A stretch of DNA of 64,000 nt, from the NCBI GenBank assembly GCA_965223335.1, contig OZ244991.1, positions 2,048,001 through 2,112,000 of the forward strand, written 5' to 3'. A program made the position numbers and the translations under genes. The notes below the pieces were generated by a model. That model did no database searches and had not been told where the DNA came from. It saw only the letters and a program-made list of their open reading frames with translations. Positions 48,944-59,213 of this stretch are shown here, one piece after another. The first letter of the stretch is position 1, and each line of letters starts with the position of its first letter. This DNA comes from Thermodesulfobacteriota bacterium. Its GTDB lineage: Bacteria; Desulfobacterota_D; UBA1144; Nemesobacterales; UBA2774.

Positions 48944-49107
48944 ATTAACCTCCGGGCTTGTATTGTTAATTAACACTTTAACGCTCGACGTTTTAAAGTC
49001 AATCTGTTCTTGGATTATCTGTCTCTCACCACTGGTTGAGTATCCGATTAGTTGATATGAGGATACCTATTAGTAGAAACCTAGAAACTTTTTAAATTGT
49101 TTCAGTC

Positions 49108-51564
49108 ATGTATAATCAGGGACTTAATAAATCACAGTCGGCTGGAGTTCTCTTGAGGCTACCTGCTCGCTTAACTCTCAGTATTTTTCTCTTTACCGCT
49201 ATAATTCTGCTCTCGGCAGTTACCCGAGCCAACAGCACCAACATAGGAGTGGTTTTTGATGGCAGTTCCGAGCTAAACCGGATGACCCTCGAAACTTATA
49301 TAAAGGAGATAAAGGACCTCACGGAAGGGGAGTTCACCGTGGATTTTCCCAAGGACAAGATCCTTGAGGCCGACTGGACTGCAACCGGAGTAAGAACCGC
49401 TATCGATAAGTTACTAAACGATCCCGGGGTTGATATTGTAATCACCATAGGTGTCATAGGCTCCACTGAGATTGCAAAGAGAACCAACCTGCCAAAACCC
49501 GCTATAGCACCATGGATCATAGACAGCAAACTGCTTGGGCTGCCTGAGAACGCCGAGGGGACAACGGGGATTCATAACCTGTACTATCTGGCCTCGCCCA
49601 CTACTCTTGCCAGAGACATAATAGCGTTTAAAGAGATAGTGGAGTTCGATAACATGGCACTTGTCTTTATGCCGATTGTTACAGAGCTTGTACCAGATAT
49701 AGAGGATTACGTTATTCAGGTTGCAAGGGAGAGCGGGGTAGAGATTTTTCTTATACCTGTCACGGGTAGTGTTGATGAGCTCTTGGCGATTATCCCGCCC
49801 GATACCGAGTCTGTGATGGTGACACCGATACTGCAGTATTCCTCAGAGGAGATCGAGCAGCTCTACGACGGCCTCATCCAAAGGGGCCTGCCCAGTTTTT
49901 CTATGCTCGGGAGGACTGAGGTGGAACAGGGTGCACTCATAGGGCTTACACCCGAGCTCAACATTACACGTCAGGCTCGTAGGATTGCCCTTGCGATACA
50001 AAGCATACTGCTTGGGGATGACCCGGCCAACCTGCCGATTGAGTTTAGCGAACAGCAAAAACTGACAATAAACATGGCCACGGCAAAGGCAATAAACTTC
50101 TATCCCAAGTGGGAGGTGATGACCGATGCCGACCTCATTGAGGAAGAGCCTTTAGACACGGGCCAGGAGCTTACACTCGACGGTGCCGTCTTGGAATCGG
50201 TTAGAGTGAACCTGGATCTATTGGCTGCAGATAAGTTTGTGTCCGCAGGTGCCCAGGATGTGAAAAGAGCGATTGCAGAGCTACTGCCCCAATCGGATAT
50301 ATTCCTCGAAAACAGATATATTGACAAGGACAGGGCCCGGGCCAGTTTTGGCACCCAACCCGAACGCTCGATAAGCGGCGGTGCCAACGTCTCGCAGCTT
50401 ATTTACTCGGACCGTGCGTGGTCTAACCTGACCGTACAAAAGCGTCTGCAGGAGGCGCGCGTCTATAACCGAAACGAGATCCGCCTTGACATTATCGCTG
50501 CTACCGCCATAGCATACCTAAATGTTCTGAGGGCTAAGACCATTGAGCGGATACAAAAGGATAACCTCAAACTGTCTAAGTCTAACCTAGAGATTGCCAA
50601 GGTGCGCCGCGACATCGGTGTGGCAAGCCCCGCCGAGGTGTACCGTTGGGAGAGCGAGATATCGAGCGACCGGATAGATGTGGTGAGTGCCGAGGCCACG
50701 AGAAAAAACACAGAGATTCTTGTAAACAGGCTGCTGCACCGCCCACTTAGCCTCGAGTTTCGCACCCAAGAGACAGGGCTAGGGGATAAAACGCTCATAG
50801 TAAGCGACCCGAGGCTGGATAAATATGTGGATAACCCGGGTTCTTTTGAGGTGTTTATGGATTTTATGGTTACCCAAGGGTTTTTGCAGTCGCCCGAGAT
50901 AAAGAGCCTCGACTCCCAGGTCGGCGCCCAGGAGCGCATACTTAAGTCGAGTCAGAGAGCGTTTTGGATACCTACTTTTTCTGCGTTTGGAGAGATAAGG
51001 CAGTTTTTTTACGAGGGGAGTGCAGGGGGTGAGATCAACACGGGTGACCTGCCGTTTACAATACCCAGTGTGGACGATACCGAGTGGATTGTTCAGTTCC
51101 AGGCCACTTTTCCGCTGTTTAGGGGCGGGGCCAAGATCGCAGAGTATAAACAGGCCCGAGAGGAGCTTTCAAGGCTTAGAATCGAGCGTGACTCTACATC
51201 GGAGAAGGTGGAGGAAGAGATACGTACCTCGCTCAATAATGCAGGGGCATCGTTTCCGAGCATTGGTTTTGCCGAGGATGCATCGAGTGCGGCTAGAAAA
51301 AACCTGGAGCTTGTAACGGACTCGTACTCGAGGGGTGTGGTGTCGATCATAGACCTGCTGGATGCGCAGAACGCCGCACTCGCGGCCGACCTAAACGCCG
51401 CAAACGCCGTATATGACTTTTTAATCGATCTCATGAATGTGCAGCGCTCTGTAGGCCGGTTCGATTTCTTTATGAATATGGTGGATCGTGACGAGTGGTT
51501 TAGGAAACTGGAAACTTTTTATAATGATGCAGTGAGTAAGCGTGAGAATGGACAACAAAATTAG
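49108..51564 (+). CDS. TolC-family outer-membrane protein fused to an N-terminal ABC substrate-binding-like domain
   Basis: ILLG.DPANLPI......LTINM.TAKAI (ABC_sub_bind C-terminal motif) followed by two OEP repeats (N.DL, AY.NVL, Y.RG..S.IDLLDAQ). A TTG at 49153 after GGAG is a likely alternative start. Confidence 0.88.
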   Translation: MYNQGLNKSQSAGVLLRLPARLTLSIFLFTAIILLSAVTRANSTNIGVVFDGSSELNRMTLETYIKEIKDLTEGEFTVDFPKDKILEADWTATGVRTAIDKLLNDPGVDIVITIGVIGSTEIAKRTNLPKPAIAPWIIDSKLLGLPENAEGTTGIHNLYYLASPTTLARDIIAFKEIVEFDNMALVFMPIVTELVPDIEDYVIQVARESGVEIFLIPVTGSVDELLAIIPPDTESVMVTPILQYSSEEIEQLYDGLIQRGLPSFSMLGRTEVEQGALIGLTPELNITRQARRIALAIQSILLGDDPANLPIEFSEQQKLTINMATAKAINFYPKWEVMTDADLIEEEPLDTGQELTLDGAVLESVRVNLDLLAADKFVSAGAQDVKRAIAELLPQSDIFLENRYIDKDRARASFGTQPERSISGGANVSQLIYSDRAWSNLTVQKRLQEARVYNRNEIRLDIIAATAIAYLNVLRAKTIERIQKDNLKLSKSNLEIAKVRRDIGVASPAEVYRWESEISSDRIDVVSAEATRKNTEILVNRLLHRPLSLEFRTQETGLGDKTLIVSDPRLDKYVDNPGSFEVFMDFMVTQGFLQSPEIKSLDSQVGAQERILKSSQRAFWIPTFSAFGEIRQFFYEGSAGGEINTGDLPFTIPSVDDTEWIVQFQATFPLFRGGAKIAEYKQAREELSRLRIERDSTSEKVEEEIRTSLNNAGASFPSIGFAEDASSAARKNLELVTDSYSRGVVSIIDLLDAQNAALAADLNAANAVYDFLIDLMNVQRSVGRFDFFMNMVDRDEWFRKLETFYNDAVSKRENGQQN

Positions 51565-51569
51565 AGCGG

Positions 51570-52718
51570 GTGGTAAAAATGGGCCTCTATACTAGATGTT
51601 TGGGATTACTATTTGCAATTGGACTTAGCTTAACGGCACTATCCTGCGGCGGCGGGGGCGAGGAGCAGGGAGAGGCGCTTAGACCGGTTAGATATACCAA
51701 AGTCTCTACCATGGGTAACGGGAGGATAAGGAATTTTACCGGGATTGCACGGGCGGGTGTCGAGTCTAAGCTTAGCTTTAAGGTAAGCGGTACAATATCG
51801 AACCTGCCGATTACACTTGGAGATCATGTGCAAAAAGGTGAGCTTATCGCAGAGATAGACCCAAGCGACTACCTGGTGCAGAAACAAGAAGCCGAGGCAT
51901 CGCTGCTAAGCGCTCAGGCCACAGCAAGGAGCTCGGGCGCCGACTATAACCGTGTAAAAGCGCTTTATGAGAACAACAACGCTTCGCGTGGCGAGCTCGA
52001 TAACGCAAGGGCAATGGCCGAGTCGTCAAACGCACAGGTGGGTGCCGCCAAAAAGCGCTTGGAACTGGCTGATCTACAGCTTAGCTACACAAGGCTCCAC
52101 TCCCCTGTGGATGGGGGAATAGCTGAGGTCTTGGTAGAGGTTAACGAGAACATATCGTCGGGCCAGACCATAGCGACCGTAACATCCGGATCTAACCCCG
52201 AGGTCACGGTTGGTGTGCCCGAGATACTGATTGCGGATATGATAAGCGGCAGCGAGGTCGCAGTGAGGTTCGATGCCATACCCGATAGAACTTACAAGGG
52301 AGTTATCACCGAGGTCGGGGTGGCATCGATGCGTCTTGCCACCACATTCCCCGTAACTATCTCGATAGAAAAGGTAGACGACCGCATCCTGCCCGGTATG
52401 GCTGCCGAGGTAGCGTTTGAATTTAAGTCGGATGAGGACGCTGAGTACATCGTAGTGCCTACTGTATCGGTGGGTGAGGATAAATTGGGGAGATACGTAT
52501 ATGTGCTCGAGACCGGGGACACAGAGAATAAAGAGGGTAACGGCTACAGAGTAGCCGTAGCCAAAAGAAAAGAGGTTGTTACAGGCGGGATTACGCCCGA
52601 GGGCATAGAGATTCTCGAGGGTTTAGACGGCAGTGAACTGGTAGTGACAGCAGGTGTGAGGCGAATCACAGACGGCCAACAAGTAAAGCTTACCTATGAA
52701 TTTAAAGACAATCCATGA
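51570..52718 (+). CDS. RND periplasmic adaptor (membrane fusion protein), lipoprotein
   Basis: ALS-C lipobox; LSFKVSG.I, GDHV.KG.LIA.ID, L.SPVDG and LPGMAA motifs. Confidence 0.95.
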   Translation: MVKMGLYTRCLGLLFAIGLSLTALSCGGGGEEQGEALRPVRYTKVSTMGNGRIRNFTGIARAGVESKLSFKVSGTISNLPITLGDHVQKGELIAEIDPSDYLVQKQEAEASLLSAQATARSSGADYNRVKALYENNNASRGELDNARAMAESSNAQVGAAKKRLELADLQLSYTRLHSPVDGGIAEVLVEVNENISSGQTIATVTSGSNPEVTVGVPEILIADMISGSEVAVRFDAIPDRTYKGVITEVGVASMRLATTFPVTISIEKVDDRILPGMAAEVAFEFKSDEDAEYIVVPTVSVGEDKLGRYVYVLETGDTENKEGNGYRVAVAKRKEVVTGGITPEGIEILEGLDGSELVVTAGVRRITDGQQVKLTYEFKDNP

Positions 52719-55700
52719 ACATAACCCGCGCTGCAATTGAAAAAAACCGCATAACCATTGTTGTGATCATCATAGTGGTTTTGAGCGGGCTGACTTCGTA
52801 CTACAAAATGTCGCGCGCAGAGGACCCGGGGTTTGTCATCAGAACAGCACTGGTTACGACCTATTGGAGGGGTGCAAGCCCCGAGAGGGTTGAGCAACTG
52901 GTGACGGATAAGCTCGAGAAAGCAATACAGGAAATCCCGGAGATTGACTTTATCAGCAGTACGTCTAAGACCGGGATCTCGGTAATATTTGTAAATATAA
53001 AAGAGAGTTACACCGATATGCGCCCCATTTGGGATAGCCTTAGACGCAAGGTGGACAAAGCCCGGGTGGAGCTGCCTGAAAACATCCAGGGTCCGTTTGT
53101 TAACGATGAGTTTGGGGATGTTTTCGGCATTGTGACAACAATTACTGGTGACGGGTACCAGTACAGTGACCTAAAGGATGTGGCGGACGAGGTGCGTGAT
53201 GAGCTGCTTTTGTTGGGGGATGTGGCAAAGGTCGAGATTTTCGGCTCACAGGATCAGCGGATATTCGTAGAGTATAACAACGCAAGGCTCTCGGAAATAG
53301 GGCTATCGCCAAGCCAGCTGAAGGAGATTCTTAGCTCTAGGAACATAATCGTGCCGGGCGGGGATATAGACACAGAATATGAAAAGATAGTGCTCGAGCC
53401 CTCGGGCAATTTCTTTACACTGGACGAGGTTAAGACAGCAATAATAGAGGTGCCCGGCAAGGGAGAGGTGGTGTATCTGCAGGATATTGCCAATATATAC
53501 CGCGGGTACATCGACCCGCCCGAGGACCTGATGAGGTGTACCGGAGAGCCCTGCCTGGGGCTAGCGATCTCTATGCGAGAGGGCGGGAATATCATCGAGC
53601 TTGGGGATAGGGTCGAGGAGGTGATGGAGGTTGCGCAGAGTTACTATCCCATAGGGGTTGAGTTCGGTTATGTGCAGTTTCAGCCCCGCCAGGTTCAAAA
53701 AAAAGTTAACGAGTTCACAAGCAACCTTATACAGGCCATCTCAGTCGTAGCACTTGTGATGCTGCTCACACTGGGTGTTAGGACCGGACTCATTGTCGCA
53801 AGCCTTATACCTACAGCGGTGCTCTCAGCACTAATGCTGATGGGTATATTGCAAATAGGACTCGATCAGATCTCGCTTGCGGCACTCATAATAGCGCTTG
53901 GGATGCTGGTGGATAACGGTATTGTGATGTCTGAGTCCATAATGGTGCAGATAGCAGCGGGCAAAAAACCGTTTTTTGCAGCCATAGACTCTGCAACCGA
54001 GCTTAGGGCTCCACTTCTTACATCGTCGCTTACGACTGCGGCTGCGTTTTTACCTATCTACCTTGCCGAGTCTGCCGTGGGAGAGTATACAGCCTCACTC
54101 TTTAAGGTCGTCTCGATCACCTTGTTATCGTCTTGGGTTCTCTCGATCACTATGATCCCATACCTTTGCTGTAAGTTCTTGAAGATAAAACATGACCCAG
54201 AGGCCAAGGACTATAACAATAGGTACTACAGAACTTATAAAAAGCATCTGGTAAGCCTTCTCAAACACCCGTATCTAACCCTGGCTGTGGTTGGGTGTGT
54301 ATTTCTCGTGGCCATGTACAGCTTTAAATTTATACCTAATATATTCTTTCCGCCCAACGACAGGCCGAGTTTTACTGTGGAGCTTAACCTGCCCATTGGC
54401 ACCCCTATAAAAAGGACCGAGGAGGTAACAATAGGGGTCGAGAACTATATAATGGAAAACTTTTTGGTAGACGGGTCGAGAAAAGAGGGTGTGACGGACT
54501 GGGCATCGTTCATAGGACAGGGAGCGCCTCGGTTCATACTGTCGTATAGCCCAGAGCCACCTAGCCCAGACTATGGGATTCTAGTGGTGAACACAACGTC
54601 CAGAAAAGTGATAGACGAGATAATACCCGAGATCGAGAGGTTTTGTTTGGATACCTACCCGGACCTAAAACCCGTTGTGCGGCCGCTTGAGCTGGGGCCG
54701 CCGTCTTGGCCTCCCGTGGAGGTAAGGATCTCGGGGCGCGATACCGATAAGCTGTTTGAGATTGTAGAGCAGGTTAAGGAGAAGATGGCAAACGTGCCGG
54801 GTACGAAATTGATTGACGATGACTGGGGCCCGAAATCAAAGAAATTGTTGGTAACCATAGACCAGGCCAGGGCGCTTAGAGCAGGGGTTACGAGCCAGGA
54901 CATTGCAATCTCACTTCAGACCTATTTAAGCGGGCTGTTTACGACTGAGTTTAGGGAGGAGGACAAACTCATCCCTGTGACCATGAGGTCTGTGGGTAGT
55001 GGTAGGGACGATATAGGGAAGCTCGAGGGTCTAAATGTGTTTGTGCAGAGCTCGGGCCAGTCGCTGCCCCTTAAACAGGTTGCCGACATCGAGGTTGCGT
55101 GGCAGCCGGCAAAGATAGTGAGGCGAAACCGCCTGCGCACAGTGACGGTGGAATCGGCCCTGCAATCGGGTTATACAGCGGCTGAGATAAACGCCGAGCT
55201 TACCCCCTGGCTTGAGCAGGAGCAGAAGGACTGGGGCCTGGGATATTACTGGGAGTTCGGAGGGGAGACAGAGGCATCGGAAAAAGGGAACACCTCTATA
55301 AACGAGAAGCTGCCGATTGCGATGCTTATAATCCTTTTGCTTATGGTATGGCAGTTCAATTCGATCCGAAGACCTATTATTATTTTTATTACCATGCCCC
55401 TTGGGTTGATAGGTGTCGTAGTGGGGCTTTGGGTGACTGATCTTTACTTTGGGTTCATGACCCTGCTTGGAATAATTTCGCTTGCGGGGATTGTGATCAA
55501 CAATGCGATAGTGCTGTTGGATAGGATTAATATCGAGATAAACGAAAACGGTCTCGACCCCCCTCGGGCAGTAATCGAGTCGGCACAGAGGAGGCTAAGA
55601 CCTATTGTGCTTACCACAGTGACCACGGCACTTGGGCTGGTGCCGCTATGGCTCGGGGGCGGACCTATCTGGGAGCCAATGTCGGTGGCAATCATATTCG

Positions 55701-55792
55701 GGCTTTTATTCGCGACTATACTCACGCTTGGGGTAGTGCCGGTGCTCTATTCGCTTTTGTTCGGTGTCAGCTATAAAGACATAAATCCTTAG
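52715..55792 (+). CDS. RND efflux permease (AcrB/HAE1 type)
   Basis: GASPERVE..VT..LE, ALGMLVDNGIV, GIVINNAIVLLD and RLRPIVLT motifs; 1025 aa. Confidence 0.96.
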   Translation: MNITRAAIEKNRITIVVIIIVVLSGLTSYYKMSRAEDPGFVIRTALVTTYWRGASPERVEQLVTDKLEKAIQEIPEIDFISSTSKTGISVIFVNIKESYTDMRPIWDSLRRKVDKARVELPENIQGPFVNDEFGDVFGIVTTITGDGYQYSDLKDVADEVRDELLLLGDVAKVEIFGSQDQRIFVEYNNARLSEIGLSPSQLKEILSSRNIIVPGGDIDTEYEKIVLEPSGNFFTLDEVKTAIIEVPGKGEVVYLQDIANIYRGYIDPPEDLMRCTGEPCLGLAISMREGGNIIELGDRVEEVMEVAQSYYPIGVEFGYVQFQPRQVQKKVNEFTSNLIQAISVVALVMLLTLGVRTGLIVASLIPTAVLSALMLMGILQIGLDQISLAALIIALGMLVDNGIVMSESIMVQIAAGKKPFFAAIDSATELRAPLLTSSLTTAAAFLPIYLAESAVGEYTASLFKVVSITLLSSWVLSITMIPYLCCKFLKIKHDPEAKDYNNRYYRTYKKHLVSLLKHPYLTLAVVGCVFLVAMYSFKFIPNIFFPPNDRPSFTVELNLPIGTPIKRTEEVTIGVENYIMENFLVDGSRKEGVTDWASFIGQGAPRFILSYSPEPPSPDYGILVVNTTSRKVIDEIIPEIERFCLDTYPDLKPVVRPLELGPPSWPPVEVRISGRDTDKLFEIVEQVKEKMANVPGTKLIDDDWGPKSKKLLVTIDQARALRAGVTSQDIAISLQTYLSGLFTTEFREEDKLIPVTMRSVGSGRDDIGKLEGLNVFVQSSGQSLPLKQVADIEVAWQPAKIVRRNRLRTVTVESALQSGYTAAEINAELTPWLEQEQKDWGLGYYWEFGGETEASEKGNTSINEKLPIAMLIILLLMVWQFNSIRRPIIIFITMPLGLIGVVVGLWVTDLYFGFMTLLGIISLAGIVINNAIVLLDRINIEINENGLDPPRAVIESAQRRLRPIVLTTVTTALGLVPLWLGGGPIWEPMSVAIIFGLLFATILTLGVVPVLYSLLFGVSYKDINP

Positions 55793-55799
55793 TAGCAGT

Positions 55800-56780
55800 C
55801 TACTGCTCCACCAGTTCTACACGCCTGTTTTTAGCCCTGCCCTCTTCCGTTTTATTGGATGCCACGGGTGCGTATAAACCCACACCTTTAGCACTGACTC
55901 GGCCCGGATCTATGCCGTGTGAGTCTGTGAGCTCTGTCACAACGGCCTCAGCCCTATTTTGAGATAGGTCCAGGTTGTAGTCAACCGACCCTTTATTGTC
56001 GGTGTGCCCGACTATGTAGATTTTGAGCTCCGGGTTGTTCTCGAGCAGTGACGCGATCTCCTTTATAGTGGGCTCGGATTCGGGTTTAATATCGGCTTTG
56101 TCAAAATCGAAGTAGATCCCATATATGGAGATGCTGCCTGTGTCGAAAATCTGTTCGGCCATGGCGTCGGCATCGACTTTGACCATGCTTTCCTGCATGG
56201 GTGCTATTTCGACGATATCTAGCTGTGTGTAGGCCTTATTGGCAGTCTTGCCCCCTGTGGGTTTGTAGGCAACGTATAGCCCCAGATAGATATCGCCATC
56301 GTCATGAGCGAGTTTGGCTGTGAGGTAGCGCTGGTCGGGGTATAGGTCGCCGAATGTCGGGTACATTTTATTCGGAACCATAGCATTGCTCATAGCCCTG
56401 CCGCCGCACTCTTTGTTCTTGCACGTGTAGAGTATCGCGAACCCGGCTTTTTCGAGCTCTATCTCGTAGTTTCTAAATACCTCGAGGCTTGATCTCTCCT
56501 CGGGATTCGCATACGAAATTCTAATAACCTTGCCCTCAAGCGACTCTTTGGTCTCTGAGGTGGTTTGAGGGTATGGGTCGTACTTTGCCTCGGAAAGCAA
56601 GAGCTCGTACTCATCAAACTCCACAACCGTGTAGTAAATGATCTCCGAGCCTTCGTATCTGGATATTTTGGGGTGATCAGAGCTTCCTTCGATGTCTTCT
56701 GCCGTTGCATTTTGGAGTCGACCGGTAAACAGCATTGCCAGAATGCCAATGAAGAGTATGAAGTTGTTAGTATCTCTCAT
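55800..56780 (-). CDS. OmpA-family peptidoglycan-binding protein with DUF4892-like N-terminus
   Basis: D.EGS.DHP.ISRY.GS.I; IYFDFDKA, VGHTD..G...YN.DLS..RA and NRRVE motifs. Confidence 0.92.
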   Translation of the reverse strand: MRDTNNFILFIGILAMLFTGRLQNATAEDIEGSSDHPKISRYEGSEIIYYTVVEFDEYELLLSEAKYDPYPQTTSETKESLEGKVIRISYANPEERSSLEVFRNYEIELEKAGFAILYTCKNKECGGRAMSNAMVPNKMYPTFGDLYPDQRYLTAKLAHDDGDIYLGLYVAYKPTGGKTANKAYTQLDIVEIAPMQESMVKVDADAMAEQIFDTGSISIYGIYFDFDKADIKPESEPTIKEIASLLENNPELKIYIVGHTDNKGSVDYNLDLSQNRAEAVVTELTDSHGIDPGRVSAKGVGLYAPVASNKTEEGRAKNRRVELVEQ

Positions 56781-56942
56781 AAAGCACCTCCCTTATACGC
56801 GTTAATAATATAATCCCAACTGAATCTAACATATAAGTGCCTTGAAGTATAGAAAGTTTTTAGGGGGATTACTGTTACGCCGGAGGGGGTTTATGGGTTA
56901 TAATTAACATGTTCTATAAATGAGGAGTTATAGGGGGATAGA

Positions 56943-57443
56943 ATGACAAAGATTATATGTGCAGCCTTAGTTTTATTCGTGATTTCATACCCTTACAATG
57001 CTCTAACTCAGGAAGCGGGCGATGGCGGCACTGATCCTTCCCAGCCCGTCGAGCCCGAACCCGAGGCGCCATGGTACTTTTTCCTGCCCGAGGATAACCT
57101 CAACAATTTCAACCTGTCCACAATCGGGGACGGAGACGGGGGATCCACACTCGGTACTACAACTGAAAGGCGGAGCAATCTGTCGGTGAACCAGAGTCTT
57201 GAGAGTGATAAAGACGCTAAGAACACAGAAGATACAGATTCAACGCCTCTCGAGGAGCAGAGTTCAGTGATATATCCGGAACTTAGAAGCGGCAGCGCCC
57301 AGAGCCCTCCGAGGGAGGGGAATACAAAAGTGTTTAGGTGGACCGATGAAAACGGGGTGCTTCACGTGACGGACGATCTGGGTAGTGTGCCCAAGGAGTA
57401 TCAGCAGAATTTTGCGGAGGAGAGGGAAAAAGGGGACCAATAG
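56943..57443 (+). CDS. Secreted protein with a C-terminal DUF4124-like domain
   Basis: Signal peptide; low-complexity acidic linker; FRWTDENGVLH.TDD..SVP..Y motif. Confidence 0.75.
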   Translation: MTKIICAALVLFVISYPYNALTQEAGDGGTDPSQPVEPEPEAPWYFFLPEDNLNNFNLSTIGDGDGGSTLGTTTERRSNLSVNQSLESDKDAKNTEDTDSTPLEEQSSVIYPELRSGSAQSPPREGNTKVFRWTDENGVLHVTDDLGSVPKEYQQNFAEEREKGDQ

Positions 57444-57464
57444 ATTAATATTGCATGTAATGTC

Positions 57465-57704
57465 TTACCTGTCGTATAACCCTCCCTCGCTGTGAGGGTC
57501 TTCGGATAGCCCTTCCATATTGCGCATGGAATCGTCATAATTTTCTCTTTCTAGGTCGCAGCGGGACCTATCGTTGGGGTTTTCTTCGAGACATTTTTCA
57601 TATGCGGATCTGGTGCTCTTTTTCTCTTCTAACGGGCGTTTCCACGTCATGTCGCACGCAGAAAGAGCAACTATGCTAACTAGTATTAGGGCGGTTTTAA
57701 GCAT
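57465..57704 (-). CDS. Small lipoprotein
   Basis: GGAGG RBS; LSA-C lipobox; Y.KCL..NP.....C pair. Confidence 0.75.
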   Translation of the reverse strand: MLKTALILVSIVALSACDMTWKRPLEEKKSTRSAYEKCLEENPNDRSRCDLERENYDDSMRNMEGLSEDPHSEGGLYDR

Positions 57705-57727
57705 TTATTTGCCTCCGTCAAATTATT

Positions 57728-58819
57728 CTATATGCGTTGTTCGGGGACTGCAAATAGAGGCACGCGAGATTTTCTAAGCACCTGTTCTGTGGTGCTGCCT
57801 CTTAGTGTGTCGAGAAAGCTTGTGTGTCCTTCGGTAGCCATAACAATAAGGTCTGCATTTATATTGTCGGATGTTTCAAGTATGGTGGGTATGACCTTGC
57901 CTTTGCGTACGATCTGTTTCCAGTTCCAGCCGTTGCTCGAGCCTGTTTTGTAGCTCGGGGTATCGGACCTGTCGCTTACATAGAGAAGTGTGAACTCGCA
58001 TTTGTCGATCGCAAGAATGTTCAACAATGTAGATATTGCTGTGATTGAGACCGCGGGGCTTGGCTTTGTGTCTATAGGGATAAGGACGTTTTTAATTTTT
58101 ACCTTGCCGGTTTTTTTGGACACAAACCCCTTGGAGTTGGCAGGGATAAACAGCGTCGTGCCGTCTGAGCCCCGAGACACCGGTTCTGCAACCGGTTTGT
58201 GTAGCCAACGGTCTGCACCCTTTTTTTGGTGTGTGGCCAGCACAGTGATCTCGGCGGGATGAGTGGAGAGGAAATGGAGTATAGATGACACAGGGTCCTC
58301 GTGGACACCGACAATGTTTTTGTAGTTGAAACCGAGTTTGGCAATATCTTTTCTGCCCGCAGTCTTGTTCAACAGTCCCCAGTTCTTAAGCGTGTTTAAC
58401 ACACTTGGGAACCCTGATCCCTCTTTATGTGAACGGTCCTTTGCCACGTGGAGTGTGTTTAACTGAGTCTTTGCAGAGAGTGCAAGCTTTAGGGCATGGA
58501 CGAATGCGACCTCACCCATGGGACTGAAGTCGGTGGCGTGGAATATAGCGCCCATCATACTGTTTTTGGTTTTGGGCTGGGGGCGGCCGGAACTCGATAC
58601 TCGTTTGGGTTTGGATCTAATCTGTTTTAGCTCTGCATAAGCAATGTTGAGCTCTTTAATTTTTATCTCTGCTTTTTGCTGCAATCGTTTACTATGAGTG
58701 AATCTGTCGGGGTGCCACACCTGCACCATATCTTTATAGGCTCTGCGTAACTCGGCATCGGTATAACCCTCTTTTAGGTCAAAAAGACCGAGCAGTTTTC
58801 TTTTTTCAGCGTCTGTCAT
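57728..58819 (-). CDS. J-domain fused to two universal stress protein domains
   Basis: LRRAYK....WHPDRF...A....KELN.AY J-domain; IFHATDFS and VLIPID..ADLIVMAT.G......GSTTEQVLR....PL..VP USP motifs. Confidence 0.88.
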   Translation of the reverse strand: MTDAEKRKLLGLFDLKEGYTDAELRRAYKDMVQVWHPDRFTHSKRLQQKAEIKIKELNIAYAELKQIRSKPKRVSSSGRPQPKTKNSMMGAIFHATDFSPMGEVAFVHALKLALSAKTQLNTLHVAKDRSHKEGSGFPSVLNTLKNWGLLNKTAGRKDIAKLGFNYKNIVGVHEDPVSSILHFLSTHPAEITVLATHQKKGADRWLHKPVAEPVSRGSDGTTLFIPANSKGFVSKKTGKVKIKNVLIPIDTKPSPAVSITAISTLLNILAIDKCEFTLLYVSDRSDTPSYKTGSSNGWNWKQIVRKGKVIPTILETSDNINADLIVMATEGHTSFLDTLRGSTTEQVLRKSRVPLFAVPEQRI

Positions 58820-58832
58820 CGGATTGGTTCTG

Positions 58833-59213
58833 CTAGTTTAAAACGTTATAACCTCTTCCCTTCATGCAGTTTCGGTAGAGCCGTTCATAGCTTTTTTCAC
58901 TTTTATACACCCCTTTAGCCCCACCGGCGAGCCCTCCGATTACAGCACCCGCTGCAAGCCCTGTAACAGCGTCACCAAAGATTGCACCAAGTAGTGCTCC
59001 TGTACCGGTCCCTACCCCGGCACCCACCACCGTGTCTTTAGCAGCTGATTCCCAGCCGTCGGCATTGCCTTTTGCAATTGCGCGGCACTCGGCTTGATCC
59101 CTGTAGTACCTGTCCTCGTTCTCAGGGCTAACCGCACGGGGGTCTACTACGGGAGTGTAGGTCTGGCAGCCAAATAAAGTTATTGCTAGCAGTATTAAGA
59201 GTACATTCCTCAA
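58833..59213 (-). CDS. Glycine-zipper lipoprotein
   Basis: LFG-C lipobox; D..EC, GAGVG.GTGALLGAI.G....G.AAGA..GG and NCM.GRGY.V motifs. Confidence 0.85.
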   Translation of the reverse strand: MRNVLLILLAITLFGCQTYTPVVDPRAVSPENEDRYYRDQAECRAIAKGNADGWESAAKDTVVGAGVGTGTGALLGAIFGDAVTGLAAGAVIGGLAGGAKGVYKSEKSYERLYRNCMKGRGYNVLN

